Shown one piece after another: positions 40,941-53,860 of a stretch of 64,000 nucleotides of DNA; positions within the stretch are counted from its first letter, which is position 1; the number at the start of each line of letters is the position of its first letter. The position numbers and the translations under genes are program-made. Origin of the DNA: Obrimoposthia wandeli (lineage: Eukaryota). The stretch covers positions 62,001 through 126,000 of the forward strand of contig CDROCS010002801.1 of NCBI GenBank assembly GCA_977020255.1. Reading direction: 5' to 3'. The notes beneath the pieces were generated by a model that had not been told where the DNA came from, did not search any database, and was given only the letters and a program-made list of their open reading frames with translations.

Positions 40941-43694
40941 AAAATCTTCATTAATTATGTAAATTTTTATGGTGATAATAAGAAAAACAAAAAGTAAAAT
41001 TACGCTGTAAAAATAACAAACGTAAAAAAACAACAACAAAAAAAGGCACAAGGAAAAAAATTCACAAAAATTGCAATTAATGCGTTATCCATTTAATCAA
41101 TCCTGAACAAAATGAATATTAAACCTGTAACTCTAATCAAAGGAAAATTGACCTTAATGTTTTGCCTTTATGTAGTGTAACCTAAATTTCAATAAAACTC
41201 AGTCTGTGCCATTATTACCTAAATTCATAAATTATAACATAATTCTAATGTAGTCATTATTGAAAACACTCAAAAATATTTCGATTGAGTTCAAGTCTGG
41301 AAAACAAGATAATCAGAGATTAAGAAAAGATAATTTAATGTTCAACTCAAGACAATAAAAGTTCAAGAATTGACATAAACGGTTACTAAACAACATTAGA
41401 GATAATTGTTTCAATATAATATGAAATTTTTTGAAATATCTCTTGTTACAGACAATATTTACTGGAATTTGAAATATGATATACCAAGGGCGACACCAAT
41501 AAAATTTGGGCTATTACATTTATTTATTCAAAATAGATATGGAAAAAAAACCAAAGATATATTTATTTATATACTTATTCTTTATAAACCTCATCAAATT
41601 CATAATTTATTCAAATATTCATGGAATTTTCAAATATTACCAGTGCAAAGATTACACAAGTATCTAAAGAAGATGGAATTAAATAGAAAGCATTGTAGAC
41701 CAAAAAGCAGTTGTAGTGAAAAGGCAAAAAGAAGAAAAAAATCGCGATTAAGTCGTTCTTAGTTATGCCGAATTACTGGAATCCCAACTAGATCAATTAA
41801 TAAACTTGTGGGATGGCTAAAATAAAATATATTTATTTATACGATTCCTGTATATTTGCAAGAGTGATTGAATGAATGTATGAAATGCTCAATAGTTGAA
41901 TTATCACATGATTTCCTCAGTCGAAGATCAAGGACAAAAGAAGAAACAGTAACTATTAGGTGTGTATTTTTGTTTGAATATAAATTGGTGATATGAATGT
42001 ATTGACTCGAAATGAAACTAAGATGGCGACCACGCTAATTCAATTTGTCAAGCTCACAGAGCAGAACAAAATTGGAGAGAATATCGAAGGTTTCCTCGAA
42101 TATATGCAGAGATTCTTCGAATGGACGCATCTGGAAGAAAAAAATATGCAGCATATTTGGGTTTGAGCATTTTATCTACATAAGCAGCGAAGAAATTTGA
42201 GACAGTAGAACCTTCATGTTTTCAAGGGGAACCATTAAGAGAAAATATCCTAAAAAAGTTGTAAATGGCTTCGATATAAACTGAAAATCCGGTTACTGAA
42301 ATAAATTCGATTCTGATGATAAATATATGAAGAGGCTGTTAAATATTGACTGCTTTGGTTAGTATTAAATTAGAGGATTGTTATAAAGTTCCTAGTAAAG
42401 TCACTTAATTTTATAATTGAAATTTATTAAATATTCTAAAATCAAAGAATTTAAGAAAGTTACATATGATTTCCCTGCATGACCCTAATGAAACATATGA
42501 AGAGAAAGTCTCGAAGAAATAAACTCTGATTAAACTGAAGAACTTATTGAAGTTGAATCACCAATAACGTATCCTGAAGTTTTCTATCATTTAGAAAAAT
42601 TAGAACGATTTTCAGTAAAAATACCCTGAGAAATGGGAACTCACGTATAAATTGAAAGATTAATAAGTGTTAATATAAAAAACTGGCTTCTGTTTATCTT
42701 TTTGGTTTTACTTTATTATCATTTATAATGTATTATTTAATTTTTGTAATAATGAATAATGAGATTTTGAAACACCCGGATGTCCTTTATAGAGAGTTTT
42801 CACTGCAAAAAAAACACACTATTCATTAATAATATACTACTGACAATTTTTAATTAATACATTGCCTCCTCAAATTTAGAGTCTTGCAGAAAATGTGACA
42901 TGGTAAAATATTGCATGATCTTTATTAACTTTTTTTCTAATACTAATTTCACTGTTTCTTTTTTTCATTTAACTAATGATTTTACTAACAACGTAAGACA
43001 AGAATATTATCGAATGAAAGACCTCTTGACGATATAAATCCTCATAACATTCGAGTTGACCTCAGTTAAAATATATTTTAAAATGAATTTAAAATGATAA
43101 TTGAATAAATTTTAAAAAGTCGTTCTGTTAATAATAACACATTAATTTTAGAATTAAATCTCAAACTAAAATTTACTTAGTTCAAAGTTGCAGTAAATTA
43201 TTTAAGCTAAAACTTTTTAAAAATTTTATAATGATATATATGTTAATATACCAACAGTCAATCTTTTATAGAATTTATTATTTTTAGGTTAAACGTCATT
43301 TCTGTTCACCCGTATTTTATTCGCAAGTTTACATCAAATTGATCAGAGAAAAACTGTTCTACATCTTAAAAAAATGAAGAGCAAAATTTTATTCATAAAT
43401 AATATTTCTAAAAGACATTTCCACCAATTTTTGTTTCTGCAATTGGCTCGGATATGCGCGTGGTAATCTAAAAATCTACTTTTTGGGTCAAGGTTCATAT
43501 ACCTTTCCTTGGCACAACTGACGACTAGAAACTGTGTAAGCAATTGATTCTGCGGTTAAAGTCTTTTATGGAGATAGCAATCTGAATGAATGTTTATTTT
43601 TAATACTAAAGTGGTATATATAGTTTTATATGTGAAATTTAAACCACATAGGTTCTAAACCAGAGATTCTCAATTTTTTGTTGCCATTATCACT

Positions 43695-44130
43695 TTAGAG
43701 CAAAATATACCCGCCCATTTCAACCCTATTAATATATACATATGTATGTATAATTAATGCAAAAAGGTCAGTGTGGAGGATGATCTGGTTGTCAATCTGT
43801 GTTGTTGTAGATGAAAAGACGTAGCGCATGATGTGATCCACAATGAGCTTGGGTAATCCTGATTCACATGAAAAGATGGACGTAAAGTGACTTGTAATTG
43901 GGAGAAGGCTATGGCACAGATGAGGATATGTTGCAATCAGACCACACCAAATCTCAATCAGTGCTCGTTCAAACTGGTCTTTTACCACAATATCATCCTG
44001 CAGATCTAGTAGCTCTGTCTGTCTAATGTAAACGGTATCTAGGATATACGCCACTGACTCTGAAAGGACATTCAGATCAAAATCGAGGTTGTTTGTGACA
44101 TTTCGCGAGGTGTCATACAATTTCAACGTA
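43695..44130 (-). mobile_element. hAT (Charlie-like) transposase C-terminal remnant
   Basis: ELLDLQDD..VKDQF..LIEIW..TYPHL..L.PITSHFTSIFSCESG is the hATC pattern (FW...YPxL...PFxSTYLCExGFS). Confidence 0.75.
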
Positions 44131-45759
44131 TAAAAACCACAAAAAAAGCTTCTTCTGAAACTTTGTATTCAAACTCTATAAACAATACAACACCCTCAAA
44201 AACAAATCGAGTCTCGATCAGCTTTTATACGGCTGGTGCTTCAACAAATCAATCCAGTATTGATTTGGCCCAAATAATTTCATAACCTGCAATGGCTAAA
44301 AACTGGTTAATTTAAAATGTAAAAAACTCGTTTATCCACTTGGAAATGGTGTTCATGAAGTCCTCATCAATAGTTTTACTATCACTGACTTCCGTCCGTC
44401 ACTGTGGGGAACATCCAGAAAATGCAAGTCTTTCTATAAATTTCTAACAGCAATATTAACTTGTTCAATACCCTCCAGAAATAGTCTTATTACCCTCGAG
44501 GAGTAACGACCCTAGTCTCAATTATTCATTTATCAGAAAGCCATCGTTTAAGTCGTACGAAATTGAATATTGGTGGATGACCTCATTCCTGGCTATCTCA
44601 GATTTTAATACTTATCTTGTATGAGTAGAATATCGATTTTCTCTAACCTTTTACCCATAAAGTTACAAAGTTGGTTTTTTTCTATTTTTGTCGTGTCATT
44701 TCGTCTGCGCTTCGAATCATACTTTTTGCAAAGTCAATAAATAAAGATAATTTTCAATATTACTACAGTATTATTATATAAGAAACTTATTATTACAGTT
44801 GCACAAAAACGACCTTGCATAAGACCAACAAAATAAAGACAATTTTCAAGCCACATCGACATGGAAAGTGCATTAATTTTAAAAAATCTTTTTTCTAATG
44901 TTATAGAATTCTATATCAAATTGTTAGTTTAATCCAGCTATTAGCAAATGTTTTGTTTTGGTATTTAATTTAATTTTATTTCGAATTCTACAGTCAAATA
45001 TGGATACAGTAAACCTCTAATTCTAAACTTCTTCACATTTATTAGAAAATAATATCGGTTTTTCTATGATGTTTATATTTATGATGCTTTTAATAATTAT
45101 TATTATATGTATAAATCTGTTTATGTTGTACAATGTATACCTACTTCTCTGCTGTATGACTGAGGCAAATGAAAATTTTGTAAATTGGGTTCCTCTCTTT
45201 TCATTAGTTACGTTCAAAATTATTAGAAGGATTTAAAATTTAAAAGGTTATTTCAATATTCTATAAGAATTAGTTGTATCATAAAATATGATAACATAAA
45301 GCTTATAATTTATTAGATATATTTACATTGTGAGAATATATTCTAAATACAAATGTAAATCTCAATGTAACAAAATTTCATTCTTTCTGTTCATCCATAT
45401 TTTATAATGTTTAAATATAAATTCTGTGACTCTAATTATTGAAATGTAATCAGATTTTTTACTGCACTATCCAATATTACTTTTATAGAAAAAAGTAACA
45501 ATTTCATAATCTACTAGATTGGGAGATAATCTCTTCTTTGTGCTCCATTATGACTTCGACACAAGGACATACACAAAACATACAAAAAAGTAAAAATATA
45601 CAAAGCGCAGTTCAGTATAGATATATATATATTATAATCTCTCATCAGCTCTCTTCAACTTAAGTCAATATTTCAGCCTTTAACCTTGCACCGAAAACAT
45701 TTAGGAAACCAGGAGCTGTATATGCTGAAATTCATTATTGGTTTTAAAATCTGGAGCCT

Positions 45760-46060
45760 TGGTAAATTGCCAAGTTTAATGTGCAGTGGGTCCTTGATAC
45801 AAGACCCAGATGAACAATATTGGGCTTACCCATAGTCAAGCACTATCTAAAAGGCCATTAATTTTGAATGCAGTGCTTGTTATTAGTACGACTAACCCAA
45901 AGGAAAAAGAATCAGGAGTTCTTTGTGTATCCACTTTTGTTAGCCAAACTGAAATCCAAGCATTTTGAAATCACCGTAGATACCCCAAAATACATTATGT
46001 AGCTAATCAGTTGTAGTATATGCTTAATATTTGCATGTGCCCCTTTCAGACCAACAGAAT
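45760..46060 (-). mobile_element. Chapaev3-like (CMC) transposase catalytic-region remnant
   Basis: WGIYGDFKML, SGYTK, WVSR..KHCIQN.WP and PLHIKLG occur in the expected order (WxICGDLK..GYTK..WDSR..HY..WP..PLHIKLG). Confidence 0.65.
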
Positions 46061-46870
46061 GACTACTAGCTTAACCGATGGTAACCAAAATCATTTTTCA
46101 AAACATTACAGTACTCTTTATTAATAGTAGTTGGCAAAGTATTTTTTTTTCATATATACATATTATATTATAAAAGTATTTTATATTACAAAAAGAACCC
46201 ATTTCATTTGATCATAGATATATCGAAACATATTTTGTATGTTGATAATAGTTTATTTGAGATCAATAATGAAGGTATCTAGTTATTATTTAAATAAGCA
46301 AATTGAAAATATATTTTTAAATATTATGTGAATATGCACATTATTTATAAATCGTATTTACTTTGAGTATATTTGGTCATTTTAATTTTTTTTCTTATTT
46401 ATAGAGCAAATTTAGAACAAATTTATTAAAAGTATTTTTATATTTTATTTATACATTTTTTATAAATCATATAATAAAATTATTTTATTATTTTCTACAA
46501 ATATGAGATTTTTAAAAGTTTTCAAATTATCTTGTATCGTATATTTCTCTATCGTGTTTATTTAAACAAAATAACTGTCGAATATTCGTTCAACTTCTGA
46601 AAACTGTCTTAGCTCCCGATTCAATTAAGTGTTTGTTAAATATGTTTGAATAAAATTCGTTTGATTAACAAATGGCTGTCTCAACTTTCCCAATATATGT
46701 CCATCAATTCATTGCGTCTACCTCTCCTTTCCTCTACACAAGTGTACATATCCGTCAAATTTGCACCTATGAGCATCTCCACAACATTTCCGCTATTTAC
46801 TGACGGGAAATTAATATTCCTTTTATGTGGCAATCTCTTTTGAACTTCAGACGCACATTTCTTTCAAATG

Positions 46871-48108
46871 TTCTTTCCAGATTTTCAATCTTAAGATATA
46901 CCTTTTACATTTCATTTGTTTCACTATTCCCCCAATTTCTCCGATTTCTCCGACTGGGATATCACTTTTTATACCGTTTATTTTCAAACAATCTGCCACT
47001 GGTGGTGTTAATGTTTATTTACTTCCCTCCATTTTTTATTATCACCAGCAAAATATGCAAAGTCATCGTCATTTTTGTTGAACCTGTAATTGCGTCTGGT
47101 CTATCGGATTTGTCTGTCTTCCTTTACTGTATTGATTTTTCGTTTGTACTTTAATGTGTAAAATCCAATGATGCCTTTGACTACATTCATCTATAAAATA
47201 TAATTATCCACACTTACAATATTTTGCTCAATGGCCTTTTCTTACTTCATTACACAACTATTTATCTTTTACCATTTTACATCGTTCTTGCACTGACAAT
47301 TTTCTATTCGCATTGTACGTGTTAAATTTTGAAAATACTTTCTTCTGATTTGACGTTTATTTTAACTTATATCAACTTATTTCGTATTTCTTTTGTTAGT
47401 ACACACCTCGATTGGTTTATCCATCCACCTACCCGTGCAAAGGGATATTTCATATGCGTAGTTTGAATCTGCTGTACTTTGCTGGATCCTTCTTTCCAGA
47501 TTTTCAATCTTAAGATATACCTTTTACATTTCATTTGTTTCACTATTCCCCCAATTTCTCCGATTTCTCCGACTGGGATATCACTTTTTATACCGTTTAT
47601 TTTCAAACAATCTGCCACTGGTGGTGTTAATGTTTATTTACTTCCCTCCATTTTTTATTATCACCAGCAAAATATGCAAAGTCATCGTCATTTTTGTTGA
47701 ACCTGTAATTGCGTCTGGTCTATCGGATTTGTCTGTCTTCCTTTACTGTATTGATTTTTCGTTTGTACTTTAATGTGTAAAATCCAATGATGCCTTTGAC
47801 TACATTCATCTATAAAATATAATTATCCACACTTACAATATTTTGCTCAATGGCCTTTTCTTACTTCATTACACAACTATTTATCTTTTACCATTTTACA
47901 TCGTTCTTGCACTGACAATTTTCTATTCGCATTGTACGTGTTAAATTTTGAAAATACTTTCTTCTGATTTGACGTTTATTTTAACTTATATCAACTTATT
48001 TCGTATTTCTTTTGTTAGTACACACCTCGATTGGTTTATCCATCCACCTACCCGTGCAAAGGGATATTTCATATGCGTAGTTTGAATCTGCTGTACTTTG
48101 CTGGATCC
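46871..48108. repeat. Near-identical head-to-tail 619-bp duplication (46871-47489, 47490-48108)
   Basis: Anchors ttctttccagattttcaatc at 46871/47490 and gctggatcc at 47481/48100. No differences were noticed by eye. Confidence 0.95.
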
Positions 48109-48249
48109 ATTTCAACATTGTTTCAATAGAATCTCTCTGTCTTTTTCTTAGTTTTCTCTCCATAAATTCTAGAACTAATATTCAATGTACATTTTTTAGA
48201 AACGTCTGTTATAAATAATTGTTTTCTAATACCTATATTTTTCTAAGTC

Positions 48250-48800
48250 ATGTTAATGTTATCAAAATCCTTTCTACTCTCTGTAAATCTCTCTAAGTCT
48301 TTACCCTCTCCATAGCGTATTATTTTACATCTGTCAATATTCTCTAAGACATTCCGATGCTGTCTTTTCTTTCCACCTGCTCTCCTTTCCAGTTTATTCA
48401 TTGTCATGCCATACACATCTTCCAAAAATCCCAAAATTTCGATCAACTTGACAGGCTAACGTCCCCAATATTGATGTACATGAAAAAGCTTGCTCATTTC
48501 GTCGCCCGCTGCACTTCCAATGAATATGTCAAATGTTGCTTTCCAACTTGATTATTCGTCGGACAGTCCGTTAAATATTGATAATGTAATTTAGTTTAAT
48601 CGTTTCTTACTTCCAATTTACTTGAACTCAGTAACGCTCTGTAACTTTTGAATTCTATTTTTGTATGTGTATCCTCTTGGTGAGAAATATCCTCCGGTAA
48701 ATTTTTCGATCTCAGTTAAATCTGTCTGTAACTTTTCTTTGCTGTCTTCTTTCTTCCACTCAATATCCATTTTCAATATCCTCTAACTTTGTATAATAGT
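48250..48800 (-). mobile_element. Non-LTR retrotransposon RT C-terminal remnant
   Basis: EDSKEKLQTDL...QSVTEFK*IGS resembles SxEELQxxL...VxEFKYLGS. Degraded. Confidence 0.4.
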
Positions 48801-48936
48801 CCTCAGAACATTCAAGTTGTATCTTAACTTTTTGTTGTTGTTTCAAATGCTTGCACCGCTAAATTACGCCTTCTCGTGAATTGTGTTTTTAATAAACACT
48901 TTCCTTTACTTAACTTCTTATCTTTGTTTCCTCTTT

Positions 48937-49128
48937 TTAATTATAATTCAAATAGATTTTGCCTCCTCTTCTAATTCTGTACTCGGTTAACATATGATCA
49001 TCTTCGAAATGTTTATTTGATGGAAAACCTGTCTAATCATAAATTTTTGCTAAGATACTTTCACAATATTCATTTGACTGGACCTCTAGTGTGATTGTCT
49101 TGCCAGCAAGCGTTTTCAAAAAATAGAT
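48937..49128 (-). pseudogene. Ubiquitin-like remnant IYFLKTLAGKTITLEVQSNEYCESILAKIYD*TGFPSNKHFEDDHMLTEYRIRRGGKIYLNYN*
   Basis: KTLAGKTITLEV matches ubiquitin KTLTGKTITLEV at 11/12 positions; AKIxDxxGxP and KxxED..L..YxI are collinear. One in-frame stop and a ~7-residue deletion. Not in the ORF track. Confidence 0.75.
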
Positions 49129-49962
49129 ATGGGTTCTCAAATTCAATATTATGAAAAGACAAATAGGGTGTCAAATATATATTAATACTTCTCTTGTCAG
49201 CACATCTCAAAATAGCGCTTATATTTAAACCTTTGTAAACAATATTGGTCCTTGATCTATTTCGCTTTCTTTACTAAATAACTAAAATCTAATTCTTTCC
49301 GATACTATTTCTTTTTATTTGTTCATTGTTATTCTCAATGGTACTTTTATTTTTATCCGCTTTTCCCTTTCAATCACGCCCACCTCTATTTTCACACCTA
49401 CATTCTTTCCCACTACTATTCCATTTATGTCTTAAAGTTTCGAGCTTTCTTTCATCTTCAGTCGAGTCGATGAATCCAACTGGTATTGCCGAGCTCCTCA
49501 AACATGCACCATCGCTCACACTCCTAACAATAGATAAGATGTAAGTCTCTGTGACGATTGGATCCGGCATTGCAGAGAGTCCTGCCATCTCAGACACGGG
49601 AATAAACTCAACATGAAAAGATTAGAGACCAGAAATTGCACAAGGAAGATTACCGCTCAGCATCTAAGTTTGTTATCGTTCTGCAACAGTCGACCGCGCC
49701 AGAATAAGAGGGACCTTTGATGTCTCCACAGGTACTGCAGTCTGGAGTGCATATTTCGCTGTCGATGGTTCTTCTTTCGAGTATCCACGAACCACGATAC
49801 ATTGAAAGCTTTGTAGGAACTTCTTGGTAGCTCACATTGCCCTCTCGTGCTTTCTCATGTCGAACATTTTTTGAATTTCAACTTCTTTGTCTTTCATAAC
49901 TTACATATTAGTCATTTTTGAATCTCAACTTCTTTGTCTTTCATAACTTACATATCTTACAT

Positions 49963-50450
49963 ATCCTCTTTAGTCATGAAAAATTCTTGGTCGGCTTAAA
50001 TCATCTCCTAACATGAAAGTTCCAGCTGATTCGTCGAAAACTATGCCCCAGAGGCAATAACCATATCTTGCATAGTATTTTTACGATTATCACAAATCCT
50101 GGAGCTTTCCCTGCACTAATTTGAATATCTAATTTCCACTGTAGCAATTAGCAGAGGAAATTTCTATTGGTGAGATAACTCTCAAAATAGAATGAAAGTT
50201 TGCATATTTGATATTTTCTTTTCTGGAATTCACACTTGACACCTTCGTCAGTATCGATAAAGTATAAAGTATAGCGGCGATCAAACTTTAGTCCTTCAAT
50301 AAGTTCCAGTTCGCCAAATAATGTTCTTCCATCCTTAACAGTAATAATGCCATCTTTTCCCACTCTCTTCATAGCGTCAGAAATAAGGTCTGCCACATCT
50401 GCTACTTCATCTACTCCAACTGATCGAGCTTCAGCACTAAACTTCACATC
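49963..50450 (-). pseudogene. HSPD1: Mitochondrial HSP60 (cpn60) pseudogene fragment
   Basis: Collinear pieces: DVKFSAEARS..GVD..AD (N-terminus), ISDAMKRVGKDGIITVKDGRTLFGELELIEGLKFDRRY..YFIDT..KCEFQ, KKISNMQ..PLLIA, KAPGF, DNRKNTMQDMVIASG, TKED. Contains frameshifts and stops. TVKDG is the mitochondrial rather than bacterial GroEL form. Confidence 0.88.
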
Positions 50451-52197
50451 ACAGCACCATCATCTCAGTTTCTGATACACACTATCAAACGTCGTGGTAC
50501 AACCACTTTCTGTTTTCCATTTTTTATTCTGGTTATAAATTCACTAAACATTTGTTAATTGTCTATTTCAACATATTACATTTTTCCACGTATGTCTTAC
50601 TTTTATATATACAGAGAAACATCGCGCACGCGCATACACAATATTTAACAAATCACTTTAAAGTGCATAAATGTCTTGTCCCTTAAATCCTCTCATTGTT
50701 CGATTGTATTAATTGATTATTAAGCAAATTTACTTAATAAGCAATTAATTTTCAACATACATCATTTTATACTCATTTTCCAAATTCAATGTGTAAGCAG
50801 GTATTGATCTACTACCTTTCACCTGGGTTTTCTTGAATCTCTACAAAAGCTTATTGAATGATATATATCAAATTTTACAATCTTTGTACCTTGGCTATTT
50901 CCCTTCACAAAATAACCCATTAGAGCCCAGCATATCATATGACTTATAATATATGCTATTGATAATTTCCTCTGAAACTTTCTTAGTGGCTGAGTCTTAA
51001 CACACAAAAACATTTTCAAAGCTTTCAAGAAACTTATTTTTAGACACGATCATTTGCTAAATGTACAAAAACATTACGGTTACCTTCTATAACTATATTT
51101 ATCATTATTTTCATGTGATAAAGGTACGTCCTTAAAAAAAGACACCATTAAATCAATGGCGGTTTTAAAATGTTTTTATATCTATTTAATAAATCAAATT
51201 AAAGTTTCCATTAATAAAAATCATGCTGCTGCACTATCCCAACTTGTTTGATTAAAAACTTCCTTCACAATTGTTTAAACTTCACAAAAATGGAAACTCT
51301 AAAGAATCGACAGTATCCTGTTCATGGAATTTGTTGAAACGCAGAAATTCTTTTTCATGTGTGAGCCAAGTCAGTCGCCCTTATATCGGTCGCCTTTCTA
51401 TTATCGGCTATAATTTTACGATGTATGATTTTACTTGTGTGTGATTTATGATTGATATAGTTGATATTCGAGTTTCAAATGTCGTTTGAAATTCAATACA
51501 CCGAATATTTTTATCACGTTCGATTTTTTAGGCTAAATGTGGAACAAAACTTTATTTCGCTCAGAATTCCATGGCAATTGTCATTCGACAAGAAAATTTA
51601 AACTAAACTTCAACATTTTATTTCTTTTTTCATTATATATTTTCTGTAAACAATTTTCATCTACTAATTATTAATACTTAATGTATTTTTTATAATTGTA
51701 TTATTTGTAATTTATAATAATCATTATTTTAATACAAAGATCGTTTACTGATAACTATCAACAGGTGAACATTTACTATTTCTCAATTTTTATTGAAGTA
51801 AAATCGTCCTTTAAATTTTTGAAATTTTACAATATTAAAATGTTAGATTCACAAAAACTAATCATGCAAGTAAATGAAATTTAATAATGCAATAATATAT
51901 TTTAATTTAGTATATCATTGATAGACACTGAATACGGCATTATACGGCAGAAATATACACATTTATTTCACATTTTCGATAGCGTCTCCAGAACACATTT
52001 AGAAGTCAACCATATCTTATGTCGCTTTTCTATGTCGTGATTTATGTTTATTAACTTCTATATTTTTTTTATATTTGTAAAAATGTATATTTAATGTTCA
52101 GAAATTTAACAAATTGATCATATTCATAATTAAAGAGTGGTTAAGTACATTTTCAAAGTATCTTCTTAAATTTACTTAATTTGCAATTTTCATTTAG

Positions 52198-52351
52198 ATC
52201 AGCAACCGACAACTCAATCGCAGAAGAGCTAGAAGACGATGCAAGCAAATTCTACATCGGTGATGAGCCCTCCGGTGATGAGAATAGCCTCAATGGTACA
52301 GTGGATGCTGGAAACCCGTCAACAAACACAGAGTACAGCGACATGTTCTGA
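52198..52351 (+). CDS. OTOP: Probable terminal coding exon of the otopetrin gene: (R)SATDNSIAEELEDDASKFYIGDEPSGDENSLNGTVDAGNPSTNTEYSDMF*
   Basis: Pyrimidine-rich acceptor ttttcatttag ends at 52197. Phase 2 fits the preceding donor, the frame is open to TGA at 52349-52351, and the composition is exon-like. Too short for the ORF track. Confidence 0.65.
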
Positions 52352-53499
52352 TTTACACCATCTTCCTAGTGCCTGAACCTTCTCACTTCATCCCGATTCG
52401 ATTGCTAAACTCACTGGTCATATTTAGAACTACCTATTATCATCATAGTCATAAAAGCCACTTCACTTTCTTCCAGTTCATTATATTGCACATTTATTTG
52501 ATCAATTTCTCAAAGCAAAATTACTCAATCGTTCGTTAGAAAGATATTTTTATATTCGTGTACAAAATTCAAGATTTTAGCTTTCGAGGATTTATGAATG
52601 AAATTACTACATTTAAACAATTTTACTAAAATATCAATTTAAGCGGTTTCATTTAAATTTTCTTTCTTCTGAATTTATTTATTAATTAAAAATACACTGA
52701 TAACAGGCGTAAAGTGGTTTTGCCAAAGAGATCTAGTCAAACATATTACTTTTATTTCTGTTTTTGTACGATAATCTCGTTTGAAGCTCAACAAAATCCT
52801 AATCGGTGTTAATATCTTAAATTTATATTTGTAAAGGATTCTTAATTTTTTATTTTATGACATTTTTTCTTTCCATTTGTAGTAGAGATTTGAGAAGTTC
52901 ATAATAGTTCATGGTTTCTAAAAGCTAACATGTACGAAGTGGTTTAACAAGTTTGATGAAAAATATTTCTAATTTAAAGATATTAATAAAATGATTTTTA
53001 CTTCTCTTATACTGCTCGGTAAACCTCTCTAAATCGTGTGAAAAAAAATCCAGTAAAGGTGTGAGACATATTTATTTTAAAAAAGATACGAAAAAATTTG
53101 AATTTATTTTTTTAAATATAACATAAAATTTGTAACAAAAAGGAGTTTTAGTATTCAACATTTCATCTTTAGAACTTTGTTTAAGACACATGTGAAGGTC
53201 ACGTACTGTTTTACGTCATCATGCAATGGCATGAAGAACCCTTTCTTCAAACTGAAATCAACAATGGAATTTGTCAAAAAACATTTACAGTGAAGTTGCA
53301 TCTGAATTTGATGTATTTTACTGAAAAGTGATGGTGTAGAGAATATTTGGAAATCTTCATTTGATTAAAATAAATAGTGATTTTAAGATTTTGAACAAAT
53401 TTATAACTTAAATAGAAAATGAATATCAAAAAGGAGAAAATTTCAAATAAAAAACAATTTTATATTTAATATAGCGCTAATATCTAATTAATCTATGAT

Positions 53500-53860
53500 T
53501 TATCCAGTTTTCGATTATTCTTCGAAATATATTCTGAATATCAAAGTCTTCAGCTGCTTTTTAAGTTTTTCAACATTGTTACAAATTCTTAATTCCATCA
53601 TTAAATTGTTGTAAATATTCAGAGCATAAATTGTCAAATATTCCTTCACTCTGTTTGCCATTTGGGAATTTGTTAACCAGTCCGACGTCATCATCGTTGC
53701 TCCTAAGATTTATATACATACTCGCTGTACCAAGCTCGAGAAAATCATATAAATATGGAAACTTTTGTGAGATAATACATTTTTTCATAATATGTATGAT
53801 CTTGAATTCAATTCTGGCACTGATCGGCAGCCATTGGAGCTTCATTAAATGTTCATTAGT
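53500..53860 (-). mobile_element. L2-type LINE 3' end
   Basis: KLQWLPISARIEFKIIHIMKKCII...YL...LRS; same family as 3660-4040. Confidence 0.75.

Larger units (their letters stand above)
1111..52351 (+). other. OTOP: Otopetrin-family gene, partial (5' end outside window). Exons 1111-1262, 17839-18117, 19731-20267, 24525-24842, 35768-36171, 37642-37884, 52198-52351
   Basis: Seven GC-richer islands join through GT-AG junctions in consistent phase (0,0,0,0,2,2) into one open frame of ~694 aa. The first four exons carry otopetrin motifs in the correct order. The last three are joined by phase, composition and position only. Confidence 0.85.

Noticed and set aside
49963-50450. Bacterial GroEL contamination or horizontal transfer
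   Set aside because: The TVKDG and KCEFQ residues are of the mitochondrial HSP60 type, and the piece is decayed within host intron DNA.
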